From the IMG/VR virus record IMGVR_UViG_3300026097_001210, positions 13,010 through 77,009 of that record: a stretch of DNA of 64,000 nucleotides; one strand, written 5' to 3'. Of the stretch, positions 43,076 to 51,342 are shown one piece after another. The stretch comes from a virus. The notes below the pieces were generated by a model, which saw only the letters and a program-made list of their open reading frames with translations, did not search any database and had not been told where the DNA came from. The position numbers and the translations under genes were made by a program. Position 1 is the first letter of the stretch. The number at the start of each line of letters is the position of its first letter.

Positions 43076-43151
43076 GCCCTGGTATCCCCTCACGCTTATA
43101 ACGTGTTGAAAGGGTAGTCGGTTCACGCGAGTTCAATCCTCGCCCAGGGTA
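43076..43151 (+). tRNA. Non-canonical tRNA-Ile(TAT)-like RNA lacking a D-arm
   Basis: GCCCTGG/CCAGGGT-A acceptor; CACG-CTTATAA-CGTG anticodon arm; GCGAG-TTCAATC-CTCGC T-arm; only 8 nt where the D-arm should be. Confidence 0.75.
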
Positions 43152-43168
43152 CAAAAAGAAGGAGAGCA

Positions 43169-43879
43169 ATGGAAAAAGTAAGTGTATTAGATAAAGGTTA
43201 TGTTCGACTTGTTGATCACATGGGTAGTGATTTGTCTGTAGTCAATGCAGCGAGGGTATCATATGATAAAGAATCAGAAGAAATAACAGATCGTGATCGT
43301 AAACTACTTAATTTTTTAATTAGGGAAAAGCATACTTCTCCATTTCGTCATGCAGCTATGACTTTTGAAGTTTATGCCCCGCTTGTTGTGGCACGTCAGT
43401 GGTGGAAATATTCTGTATCTTCTACTCATGTTGATGATCAGAATGGGTGGAACGAATCTTCTAGAAGGTATATTACAGAGGATGAAGAGTTTTATGTCCC
43501 TACCGCCACGCAGTGGCGTAGCAAGCCTGAGAACAGCAAACAGGGCTCTGGAGAGCCAGTAGATGAGCTAGTGGGGCAAAGGTTTACCGATAGACTAGAG
43601 GAGATGATTAGGTTGGGAGAAGAAGCCTATGAGTCCGCTATGGAGCAGGGCATCGCTCCAGAGCTTGCTAGACTATTTCTGCCAGCTTATGGCATGTATG
43701 TTCGCTGGCGTTGGACTACCTCTTTGCAGGGGGTAATGACATTTCTTGAACAACGTCTGCCTCATGATGCTCAATCAGAAATTAGAGAATATGCTGATGC
43801 TGTTCTTAAACTATCTAAAAATATTTTCCCAGAAACCTTTAAGTCATACCTCGATCTTGACACACAAATCTGGGTATAA
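43169..43879 (+). CDS. thyX: Flavin-dependent thymidylate synthase
   Basis: VVNAARVSY, HTSPF, NESSRRY, ELARLFLP, AQSEIREYA. Confidence 0.92.
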   Translation: MEKVSVLDKGYVRLVDHMGSDLSVVNAARVSYDKESEEITDRDRKLLNFLIREKHTSPFRHAAMTFEVYAPLVVARQWWKYSVSSTHVDDQNGWNESSRRYITEDEEFYVPTATQWRSKPENSKQGSGEPVDELVGQRFTDRLEEMIRLGEEAYESAMEQGIAPELARLFLPAYGMYVRWRWTTSLQGVMTFLEQRLPHDAQSEIREYADAVLKLSKNIFPETFKSYLDLDTQIWV

Positions 43880-43908
43880 TAGATACATTCAACTACAAAG
43901 GAGACCTA

Positions 43909-44466
43909 ATGACAAATCTCAGGAAATGCACTTCCTGCGGAGTTGTCAACGATGGGGAAAATTTTCACAAAGGTAGTCCAGCAAAAGATGGATATCAATC
44001 TAGATGTAAAAGTTGCAGAAACTCTTATATTGTTGAAAATAAAAAAAGATTTCCTGTTGACAAAAGCATTGCATCAAAAGCTTGCAAGAAATGCTTTAAG
44101 GAGCGCGGGTCTGACAAGTTTCATTCCAACAATAGCCAGATTGACGGACTGTCTCCTTATTGTAAAAAATGTAGTGCAAAAAAAAGAAAGTCCTATTATA
44201 CTTTAGAATATCGTGCGTCTTTGTATAATTTAGACATCAATGCTTTGAAAAATATGCTTGAGGGTGGATGCATGATTTGTGGATCGCATGAAAGACTTGT
44301 AATTGATCACGATCATTCCTGTTGCGATAAACAAAATTACAGTTGTGGAGAATGTGTTCGTGGGGTGCTATGCAACAGGTGCAACATCGGATTAGCTCAT
44401 TTTGCTGACAACATTTTAAAACTACACAATGCCATTAAATATTTAAACAAGGAGGATAAATGGTAA
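43909..44466 (+). CDS. Endonuclease VII-family nuclease with tandem Zn fingers
   Basis: CMICG...IDHDH...VRGVLCNRCN.GL. Confidence 0.85.
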   Translation: MTNLRKCTSCGVVNDGENFHKGSPAKDGYQSRCKSCRNSYIVENKKRFPVDKSIASKACKKCFKERGSDKFHSNNSQIDGLSPYCKKCSAKKRKSYYTLEYRASLYNLDINALKNMLEGGCMICGSHERLVIDHDHSCCDKQNYSCGECVRGVLCNRCNIGLAHFADNILKLHNAIKYLNKEDKW

Positions 44467-44684
44467 CCTTATATACTAAAGAAAACTGTGTCCAGTGCTC
44501 GATGACAAAACGACACATGGACAAGATTGGGGTAGAGTATACAACAGTAGACATTACCGAAGATACCGCTGCCCTTGACAGATTAATTGAAATGGGGTAC
44601 AAGGCTGCCCCCGTTGTTGTAACAGACAATGGTGAAAAATGGTCTGGCTTTCAACCTGAAAAAATTAACGAGCTAGCCGCTTAG
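44460..44684 (+). CDS. nrdH: NrdH-like glutaredoxin
   Basis: CVQC, APVV, WSGF.P. Confidence 0.9.
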   Translation: MVTLYTKENCVQCSMTKRHMDKIGVEYTTVDITEDTAALDRLIEMGYKAAPVVVTDNGEKWSGFQPEKINELAA

Positions 44685-45145
44685 CTTGTTGCCATATAGC
44701 TACCAGCTATATGAAAGCTATCTGATTGAGTCAATGTTATTGGTTCATTGTAGCTAAAGGGAAAGTCGTATATTCTGCTGGTAAACTGAACGTCTGTTGT
44801 GTATAAAAGTAGATTAGTCTCTCCTTCATCTATCTCGCCAGAAATGTGATATATTCTACCAGTGCCGTTATCGTGAAGACATCCCTCTCTAAACATTCTG
44901 CTGTACTTAGAGGGAAAGGGCAAGGTAACGTAATACTGTCCAGTTCCAAAAGATGCAATGTTGGTAAAGTCTACAAAAATATTAAAATTAACAAAGCTTC
45001 CCACCTTAATATAGGAAGCTGTAAAAGCGTTAAAGCCGCCAAAGTCTGGCTGAGTGCCACCAATTGTTCCACCCTCTGCCTGGAAGGCAATCTCTTGTAC
45101 GGAAGAGCTTATGTTGAATGCGCTTTGATCTGTAAATCTTGCCAT
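44681..45145 (-). CDS. Receptor-binding/fibre-tip-like protein, paralog A
   Basis: Y.KVG..V.F....F...GTGQYYVTLPF; paralog of the adjacent gene. Confidence 0.45.
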   Translation of the reverse strand: MARFTDQSAFNISSSVQEIAFQAEGGTIGGTQPDFGGFNAFTASYIKVGSFVNFNIFVDFTNIASFGTGQYYVTLPFPSKYSRMFREGCLHDNGTGRIYHISGEIDEGETNLLLYTTDVQFTSRIYDFPFSYNEPITLTQSDSFHIAGSYMATS

Positions 45146-45148
45146 TTT

Positions 45149-45622
45149 TTATCCAGTAAATATTTCGAATGTTCCCGTGAGATGAAAATTATCTGCGGTG
45201 CTTAGGGTAACAGGAACACTGTGTTCAAATGGAACATGCCTACCATTGGAGGCAATAGAAAAAAGCATTAGCTGATCAGAACCAGCAACAACGTGTCCCA
45301 ATATTGAATACTGATTACCACTTGAAACGTCATGCAAACAACCACCATTAAACAACATGTTATCTTGCACTTGAAAGGGTAAAACCATGTAGTACTGGCC
45401 TGATCCAAAATCAGTAATATTATCCATGTCTACATCAATAGTAAATTCGCACAACTCACCAATAACAATATATCTTCCAGTAAAAAGTGGATCTCCGTTA
45501 AATTGAGGTTGGTCGTCAGCAATTATATTGCCAGACTCATCTTTGGTTCCACCGATGAGATTCCATTCACCGGTTTCCGTACCACCCCTTGCTGAAATTG
45601 CTGGGTGAGTAAACCTAGCCAT
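45149..45622 (-). CDS. Receptor-binding/fibre-tip-like protein, paralog B
   Basis: MARFT start; FGSGQYYMVLPF...GCLHD. Confidence 0.45.
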   Translation of the reverse strand: MARFTHPAISARGGTETGEWNLIGGTKDESGNIIADDQPQFNGDPLFTGRYIVIGELCEFTIDVDMDNITDFGSGQYYMVLPFQVQDNMLFNGGCLHDVSSGNQYSILGHVVAGSDQLMLFSIASNGRHVPFEHSVPVTLSTADNFHLTGTFEIFTG

Positions 45623-45903
45623 TACTGACCCTGTTCTAGATTAATCTTAAGAACAGACGCCACAGCTGGCGATTCGTTAGAGCAAATGTAAAGGTCGTCT
45701 TGACCGCTCAATTCAAATGATATAGCATGATTCGGAAGAATCCTGTAGCCATAGTCAGCTGTCGTGACGCCCTCTCCGCCAACATAAATATTTGCAGAAT
45801 CATTGACATTTTGGATTGTAATATCCATTCCAGAGTGTGTTCCGTTGGGGGTAATCTGTGTGGCCTCGCCATAGAGTAATGTATAAATATTGTGTGTAGT
45901 CAT
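45622..45903 (-). CDS. Small beta-rich virion-type protein
   Basis: ITIQN....IYVGG..VT...G.......IS.E.....DLY; leaderless TGT-TAAAAT promoter. Confidence 0.5.
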   Translation of the reverse strand: MTTHNIYTLLYGEATQITPNGTHSGMDITIQNVNDSANIYVGGEGVTTADYGYRILPNHAISFELSGQDDLYICSNESPAVASVLKINLEQGQ

Positions 45904-45999
45904 GATACAATTTTAACATATGTATTAATGATATAATTAAAAATGTGAAGTACTGGAGATGGTTTATTAAAGAATTAAAAAAGTCTTTTTGGAGGAATC

Positions 46000-46791
46000 T
46001 TGAAAATTTATAACCCTGCCCCAAATCGTCCTGTCACAAGCCCATATGGGCCACGTAAGCACCCCATTACTGGCGAGGTCGGCAAGATGCATCATGGAAT
46101 CGACTACGGAGGAAGCTTCAACGTTCTAGCAGCTCAAGATGGCAAAGTTGTACACATTGGATGGTCTCCACGCGGTGGAGGCCACGTCGTAATCTTAAAG
46201 CACGGTACTAGATTTTATACAGTATATTATCACGGTGCTCACAGAACACCACTTAAAAAAGGCGATCGCGTCAAGGCGGGAGATTTTATATATCGATCTG
46301 GAACAACTGGTGCTAGCACAGGCAACCACCTTCACTTCGAGGTTCGTACTCCAACAAGGGTTTGGGGGACTACACAAGATCCCGTTATCTATATGACAGA
46401 AGAGAGTCCTGACAACAGGCCAGACCCAGACAAAGAAGACGTGTCTATTGTTCCAAGCATCGGTGGGCCAGAAAACTTTGCGGCTGGGCTCAAGGTAGAT
46501 GGCAGATTGGGTCGTAGAACATGGAGAGCCTGGCAAGAGGTTCTTAAGGATAGATATGGATACCGAGGAATGGTTGACGGTAGGCCAGGAAAAATGACCT
46601 GGACAGCAGTACAGAAATCCACTGGCAAACACTACAAGGGTAGAATTGATGGAGTCACTGGTCCGCTGACCCGTAAAGCAGTTCAGCTTAAGCTAAAAGA
46701 AACGGGCCATTACGACATGGCTATCGATGGTATTTGGGGTAGAGGCACCATTGCGGCACTGCAAAGAGCATTAAATTCGGGTAGGTATTAA
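46000..46791 (+). CDS. Endolysin: M23 peptidase + peptidoglycan-binding repeats
   Basis: HHGID, YYH, STGNHLHFE; repeated (V/I)DG..G..T..A.Q. Confidence 0.9.
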   Translation: MKIYNPAPNRPVTSPYGPRKHPITGEVGKMHHGIDYGGSFNVLAAQDGKVVHIGWSPRGGGHVVILKHGTRFYTVYYHGAHRTPLKKGDRVKAGDFIYRSGTTGASTGNHLHFEVRTPTRVWGTTQDPVIYMTEESPDNRPDPDKEDVSIVPSIGGPENFAAGLKVDGRLGRRTWRAWQEVLKDRYGYRGMVDGRPGKMTWTAVQKSTGKHYKGRIDGVTGPLTRKAVQLKLKETGHYDMAIDGIWGRGTIAALQRALNSGRY

Positions 46792-47174
46792 TGTTTACAG
46801 CACTAATTACTTCTATGAGTAAGGCCATGAATGAGCGAACAAGAAGAAAAAGTAGACAGCGCAAGGCCGATGACAAAGCACTAACCGAAGGGCCAAGCTG
46901 GAGGTATCGTCGTAGACTTATTTATGGCGCATATTTTTTGGGATTTGGTATGGTGATCTTTGGCGCTGCTACCGTTTTTCTTGACAGCATGATTGGTGTA
47001 GAGCTTATTATTGGCGGGGTAGCACTAGTGTCAATAATCATAACTGCCTATACGACTTCTGCCACATACGAAGATGTTAGGCTTTGGAATCATACCCCCA
47101 GAATTCGTTTTGGACAAGGGCAGGGGCAAGAGCCCTTGCACAATTACGAAACAAACAACCCAGACGGAACTTGA
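46791..47174 (+). CDS. Two-TM membrane protein (holin-like)
   Basis: Two hydrophobic helices; coupled to the endolysin gene. Confidence 0.55.
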   Translation: MFTALITSMSKAMNERTRRKSRQRKADDKALTEGPSWRYRRRLIYGAYFLGFGMVIFGAATVFLDSMIGVELIIGGVALVSIIITAYTTSATYEDVRLWNHTPRIRFGQGQGQEPLHNYETNNPDGT

Positions 47175-47199
47175 CACAGATATAGATATAAGCTACAAT
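47171..47199 (+). promoter_or_regulatory. SigA-type promoter
   Basis: TTGACA-17-TACAAT. Confidence 0.7.
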
Positions 47200-47232
47200 C
47201 GTATAGTTAACAAAACGAAAGGAAGTTCATAA

Positions 47233-47478
47233 ATGATTATGACTGCTGATTTTTGGAAGACTTCTGGAGAGGCTGCCATTAAGGCTGCCGCTGCAGCTGC
47301 TCTTGCTGTAATTGGAACGGATCAGTTCCTTAGCGCAATGTCTGTTGACTGGACCCAGGTGGGTGGCGTAGCTCTGCTTGCGGGTGTTGTTTCGCTACTA
47401 ACTTCAATTGTGGTTCCAGATGCTCAGACTCGTGCCGCTCGCCGTGAGGCTAAGCGTGTAGCTAATGAGGAAAAGTAA
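47233..47478 (+). CDS. r1t-type holin
   Basis: FWK..GE.AIK.AA..ALAVIG...VDW......LAGVVSLLTSI. Confidence 0.75.
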   Translation: MIMTADFWKTSGEAAIKAAAAAALAVIGTDQFLSAMSVDWTQVGGVALLAGVVSLLTSIVVPDAQTRAARREAKRVANEEK

Positions 47479-47491
47479 TATATAATTAAAT

Positions 47492-47677
47492 ATGGCTGTT
47501 TATGAGTACTCCTGTGGGGTCTGCAATAAATCTGAAACCATTGTAAGATCTATTTCAGACCCCGAGGAGTCTTATTTTTGTAAGAGTTGTAATAATAGTC
47601 TTAATAGGGTTTACTCTAAAGTTGGGGTAACTTTTAATGGCAGTGGGTTTTATACTACTGATAATCGAAAGGTTTAA
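47492..47677 (+). CDS. FmdB-like zinc-ribbon protein
   Basis: YEYSC..C...C..C...F.GSGFY.TD. Confidence 0.8.
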   Translation: MAVYEYSCGVCNKSETIVRSISDPEESYFCKSCNNSLNRVYSKVGVTFNGSGFYTTDNRKV

Positions 47678-47679
47678 AT

Positions 47680-47922
47680 ATGACACAAACAGTTCAAAAA
47701 GAATATTCTCTTACCGCCAATGATAGGTGTGACAGATGTGGTGGTCAGGCTTTTGTTTCTGTTAAGGGAGTTTCTGGAGAGCTGATGTTTTGTGGGCATC
47801 ACTATAAAAAGATTATTAATAATCCCGTTGCTAATGAAAAGCTTCAAAGCTTTGCTTACGAGGTTAACGATGAAACTGACAGGCTAAATCAATACGAAAG
47901 AAATCGTATCTTAGAGGGGTAA
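47680..47922 (+). CDS. Small actinobacterial-type zinc-binding protein
   Basis: LTA.DRCDRCG.QA...L.FCGHH. Confidence 0.65.
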   Translation: MTQTVQKEYSLTANDRCDRCGGQAFVSVKGVSGELMFCGHHYKKIINNPVANEKLQSFAYEVNDETDRLNQYERNRILEG

Positions 47923-47925
47923 TAT

Positions 47926-48345
47926 ATGGAGTATTTTGCAGGAGCATTTATAACCCTGTCTGTTGTTTTTGTTATGAATAAACTTATTTCTAAACAACTT
48001 GTCAAAGAAAAAAAGACCGTGGTCAGATATAGCCAAAGCCATGTTTATAAAATGTCAGAAGCTATTATGTTTGGGCCTAAAAATTCTCCAGTTCCCGATT
48101 CTCAATCAAAGAGATATCAAAATAATGTTTATTTAAAGATTGTTGTAGCTGAGGGAAGGGCCTATTGGATTAAAGATAATGCCTTTTATGTGGCAGATAT
48201 TGTAGATGGAAGTGTTGACAAAGAAACAACGAAACAGGTTGACACAATGTCTATGGATAATGTAGAATTGAAAAAGATGTTAGTAATTGTAGAGACTTTA
48301 AGAGAGGGTGATGCAAATGATGGTAGGAATTCAGGCAAGCCGTAA
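47926..48345 (+). CDS. Hypothetical protein with N-terminal TM segment
   Basis: ORF with RBS. Confidence 0.55.
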   Translation: MEYFAGAFITLSVVFVMNKLISKQLVKEKKTVVRYSQSHVYKMSEAIMFGPKNSPVPDSQSKRYQNNVYLKIVVAEGRAYWIKDNAFYVADIVDGSVDKETTKQVDTMSMDNVELKKMLVIVETLREGDANDGRNSGKP

Positions 48346-48667
48346 GTTTGATGACTACGCCGTGTTTCTACGCGCAATGGGCACCGCACTTTCTATGATG
48401 GAAGATGGTGAAAAATATTTCACTATCTGTTCTGCAGGACCAGCACGGCTTAACTCGATGGCTTTGGAGTTTGCTAATGTTTCTGAGAGAAGCCTAAAGG
48501 CTCGGGGCATTTATGTAAGAGTGCGAAAGGTACCACCTTACTGGATTAAAAATAACATTGCCGAATTGGGCTATTTTGCATACTTTAGCAAGCCAAAAGA
48601 GCCAGCCTCTGACCTTGTAGAGTGTGCCGAAGGCAACGATATAGAGGTAGGTGTTTATAGATTCTAA
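48308..48667 (+). CDS. Hypothetical protein
   Basis: ORF coupled to its neighbours. Confidence 0.5.
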   Translation: MMQMMVGIQASRKFDDYAVFLRAMGTALSMMEDGEKYFTICSAGPARLNSMALEFANVSERSLKARGIYVRVRKVPPYWIKNNIAELGYFAYFSKPKEPASDLVECAEGNDIEVGVYRF

Positions 48668-49026
48668 TGGGGCTTAGTAGAAGTGAAAAGTCCTACCTTT
48701 CTGTAGCACGTTACCTGGCTGAAAAATCAAAATCAAACAAAAGGCATGGTGCAGTAATAGTGAAGTCTGGAAGAGTAGTTGGTACTGGATATAACAAAGA
48801 CAGGAACAATCCTCTTTTTGTTTCTCCAGAACATATTAAAACCCACTGCTCTAGACACGCAGAAGTACAGGCAATTAGAGAAGCAAAACACAACACAAAC
48901 GGAGCCATATTGTATGTTGCGAGAGTCAACAGGCAGGGCGAAGATCGTAACAGCAAACCATGTACGCTGTGCGAAAAAGCAATCAATGAATCAAATATCA
49001 AGAAAGTAATTTACACAAGGGGATAA
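48667..49026 (+). CDS. Cytidine/dCMP deaminase-family protein
   Basis: HGAVIV...GYN, HAE, PCTLC. Confidence 0.85.
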   Translation: MGLSRSEKSYLSVARYLAEKSKSNKRHGAVIVKSGRVVGTGYNKDRNNPLFVSPEHIKTHCSRHAEVQAIREAKHNTNGAILYVARVNRQGEDRNSKPCTLCEKAINESNIKKVIYTRG

Positions 49027-49030
49027 AACA

Positions 49031-49261
49031 ATGTATATTAAGTCATTAGAAGAGATGGAAAAAATTGTTGATTCTTTTAGGTTTTTGTATTGGGATGGTT
49101 GGGACGTAATTCAAACATTCCCCTCGGACAAAGCAAGGACATCAAAGCGCGGTATTTTTAAAAATGGCCGCTGGTATCTTCACAATAGATATCGACCTGG
49201 CGCAAAGGGATGGAATATCCCAGACAAACTAATTAATAAGAAAGGCAAAAGTGAATCGTAA
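49031..49261 (+). CDS. Hypothetical protein
   Basis: ORF. Confidence 0.55.
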   Translation: MYIKSLEEMEKIVDSFRFLYWDGWDVIQTFPSDKARTSKRGIFKNGRWYLHNRYRPGAKGWNIPDKLINKKGKSES

Positions 49262-49541
49262 TGAATGGAAAGACGATGCTGCTTGCCTAGGCTATGACAC
49301 AAATCTCTTTTTTGATAAGTATGAGGAAAGCGAAGAGTTTCGTCCAGGAATAGATAATCTTTGTGCTGGTTGCCCAGTGGCCAGACAATGTTTTGCTGTT
49401 GGGGTTTCTCAAAAAGAATGGGGAGTCTGGGGCGGTATCTATTTAGAAAATGGAAAAATCTCTAGAGAGTTTAATAGACATAGGTCTAAGCAAGACTGGG
49501 CAGATACATGGCAATATTTAACAATAGATCAAAGGAAATAG
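49251..49541 (+). CDS. whiB: WhiB-family transcription factor
   Basis: W...AAC...LFF...CAGCPV..QC...WGVWGG. Confidence 0.88.
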   Translation: MNRNEWKDDAACLGYDTNLFFDKYEESEEFRPGIDNLCAGCPVARQCFAVGVSQKEWGVWGGIYLENGKISREFNRHRSKQDWADTWQYLTIDQRK

Positions 49542-49542
49542 T

Positions 49543-49782
49543 GTGTATACAGAAGAAATGGCTAAAGCTTTTAGATCTTTAGATCATTTTGCCCCCAAGG
49601 GCTTCGCATTAAAAATAGCAGATGAAGAACACTTCATTTCAGTTATTGCAGATGAAAAACAATTCAGTCAGCTAGTTGACTTTGATAAGCGTCGTGCTGT
49701 AGAATATATGGTACGTGTAAAAAAAGCACTAGAAGAAAATGGAGCAATCGTTCTATTGGTGAGAGAGGGAGGCCAAGAATAA
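49543..49782 (+). CDS. Hypothetical protein
   Basis: ORF. Confidence 0.55.
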   Translation: MYTEEMAKAFRSLDHFAPKGFALKIADEEHFISVIADEKQFSQLVDFDKRRAVEYMVRVKKALEENGAIVLLVREGGQE

Positions 49783-50009
49783 TGGCAAATAATAAAAAAG
49801 AAGAAAACCTGGACTTGTCAGAGTCTCAGCAAAGGGTGGCAGAAGCGTTAGTATTTTCTGGTGTAAATTATGAGAGGGAGCGCTTGGTTAGCATTCTTGA
49901 GCCACACAGAGACAAGGCTATCAATGTTGACACCATGATTGATATTATCAACAACATCCCACCCAAGCAGCAGGAGCAGTCAGCTGCCAGCGAGGAAAGT
50001 AAAAAGTAA
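49782..50009 (+). CDS. Hypothetical protein
   Basis: ORF with TAATG coupling. Confidence 0.5.
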   Translation: MANNKKEENLDLSESQQRVAEALVFSGVNYERERLVSILEPHRDKAINVDTMIDIINNIPPKQQEQSAASEESKK

Positions 50010-50503
50010 TGCAAACCTTTCTGCCGCATAAAAACTTTGCTAAGACCGCTAGTGTTTTGGATAACAAAAGGCTTAACAAACAAATCTTGGAATGCTATCA
50101 AGTTCTTAATGTTTTATCAAACAAAGATCCTAAAGCAGCCTGGAGAAACCATCCAGCCGTAAAGATGTGGCGGAACTACGAGTTTGGTCTTTATAATTAT
50201 GTTCAAGCAATGATTGTAGAGGCCAACTCTCGTGGAATTAAAACAGACAAGAACGCTGAAAATATTCTTAACTTACGTTACAGGTTTGGCCTAGAGTGGA
50301 GTATGGGCAACCCAGACTGGATGTCTGACAAGCGGCTAATGAAGCGGGTAACTACAACACACAAGGCTAATCTTTTTAAAAAAGAGCCAGAGTCTTATCC
50401 ACAATTTCTTAAAGCATTGACCAACAAAAACAACAAGCCCTGTTGCGATAAGTGTCAATATTTTTGGGTAACACATTGGGAGAGTAATAATGGAAATATT
50501 TAA
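50009..50503 (+). CDS. Pyrimidine-dimer DNA glycosylase (DenV-like) family protein
   Basis: MQTFLP...LD.KRL.KQ..E..Q...W.NHPAV.MW. Confidence 0.8.
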   Translation: MQTFLPHKNFAKTASVLDNKRLNKQILECYQVLNVLSNKDPKAAWRNHPAVKMWRNYEFGLYNYVQAMIVEANSRGIKTDKNAENILNLRYRFGLEWSMGNPDWMSDKRLMKRVTTTHKANLFKKEPESYPQFLKALTNKNNKPCCDKCQYFWVTHWESNNGNI

Positions 50504-50909
50504 TCTTATTATCTTTATTGTTTTTATTTTGTTGCTTGCGCTTTTTGTTTTTGATTCAGTTAGGTTAAGAATTGTTAATCGTAACCTTTTTTCAAAATTG
50601 GTTCAGGCCGAGATTGATAAAAATACCCTGGCTGATAAGCTAAATAAAACTATTTTAGAGCATAGTGCAGAGAAAAGCGATGGCTTTTTGAGATTTGTTT
50701 CTGACTCAAGGGAGCAAGCGTTTAAGTATATTGAAGAGGTTCAGGATGCCATCAAGGTTTTTGACGAAGAAATTGGAACAACGGTAGAGCATTACAAGAA
50801 AACTGGTAAATCGCCTACAAGAAAACAAACAGAGCTGCTTAAAAAGATTTCATTAGCTTATGATATTATTATGACGTTAATGCCAAAGGACTCTGAAAAA
50901 GATGTATAA
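50490..50909 (+). CDS. Membrane-anchored coiled-coil protein
   Basis: N-terminal TM helix. Confidence 0.55.
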   Translation: MEIFNLIIFIVFILLLALFVFDSVRLRIVNRNLFSKLVQAEIDKNTLADKLNKTILEHSAEKSDGFLRFVSDSREQAFKYIEEVQDAIKVFDEEIGTTVEHYKKTGKSPTRKQTELLKKISLAYDIIMTLMPKDSEKDV

Positions 50910-51285
50910 ATACAATGCTAAAGTTTTAAGAGTGATTGACGGAGACACCGTAGATCTTGAAGTTGATTTAGGTTTTAAGGTTAGTTTTAAAACTAGGGTA
51001 AGACTTGCTGGCATCGACACCCCAGAAAAATGGCATCCTTATGGAAAGGTAGTTACTCAGTTTCTAAAACAAGAAATAGAGGGTAAAGAAATTTATTTGG
51101 ACGTTACCGAAAAGGACAAGTACGGAAGGTATTTGGCTAAGATATATAAAAATAGGTCAGACACGATGTCTGTGAACAATCTGCTTATTAATCAAAATAT
51201 GGCAAAAGCTTATCACGGTGGATCTAGGGATAATAGTTGGACTGAAGAAGAGCTTGCACAAACCAGTCATAATCTGCTAAAATAG
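50902..51285 (+). CDS. Thermonuclease (SNase-like)
   Basis: VIDGDTV, RLAGIDTPE, DKYGRYLA. Confidence 0.9.
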   Translation: MYKYNAKVLRVIDGDTVDLEVDLGFKVSFKTRVRLAGIDTPEKWHPYGKVVTQFLKQEIEGKEIYLDVTEKDKYGRYLAKIYKNRSDTMSVNNLLINQNMAKAYHGGSRDNSWTEEELAQTSHNLLK

Positions 51286-51288
51286 AAT

Positions 51289-51342
51289 TACCTCGCCGTA
51301 AAGGGAGGTAGTAACAAAGTACTCGCTGAAAAGGAGAACAAT
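51289..51342 (+). promoter_or_regulatory. ROSE-like two-hairpin hsp20 5' UTR
   Basis: CTCGCT-GAAA-AGGAG sequesters the SD with a bulged G; upstream hairpin TACCTC(G)CC/GGGAGGTA; TGC-TAAAAT promoter at 51275-51283. Confidence 0.65.

Noticed and set aside
43857-43880. TTGACA...TATAAT as a -35/-10 pair
   Set aside because: The spacer is only 12 bp; at most the -10 is used
44681-45622. DGR template/variable repeat pair
   Set aside because: Similarity is only at the protein level, with no adenine-specific pattern and no reverse transcriptase in the window
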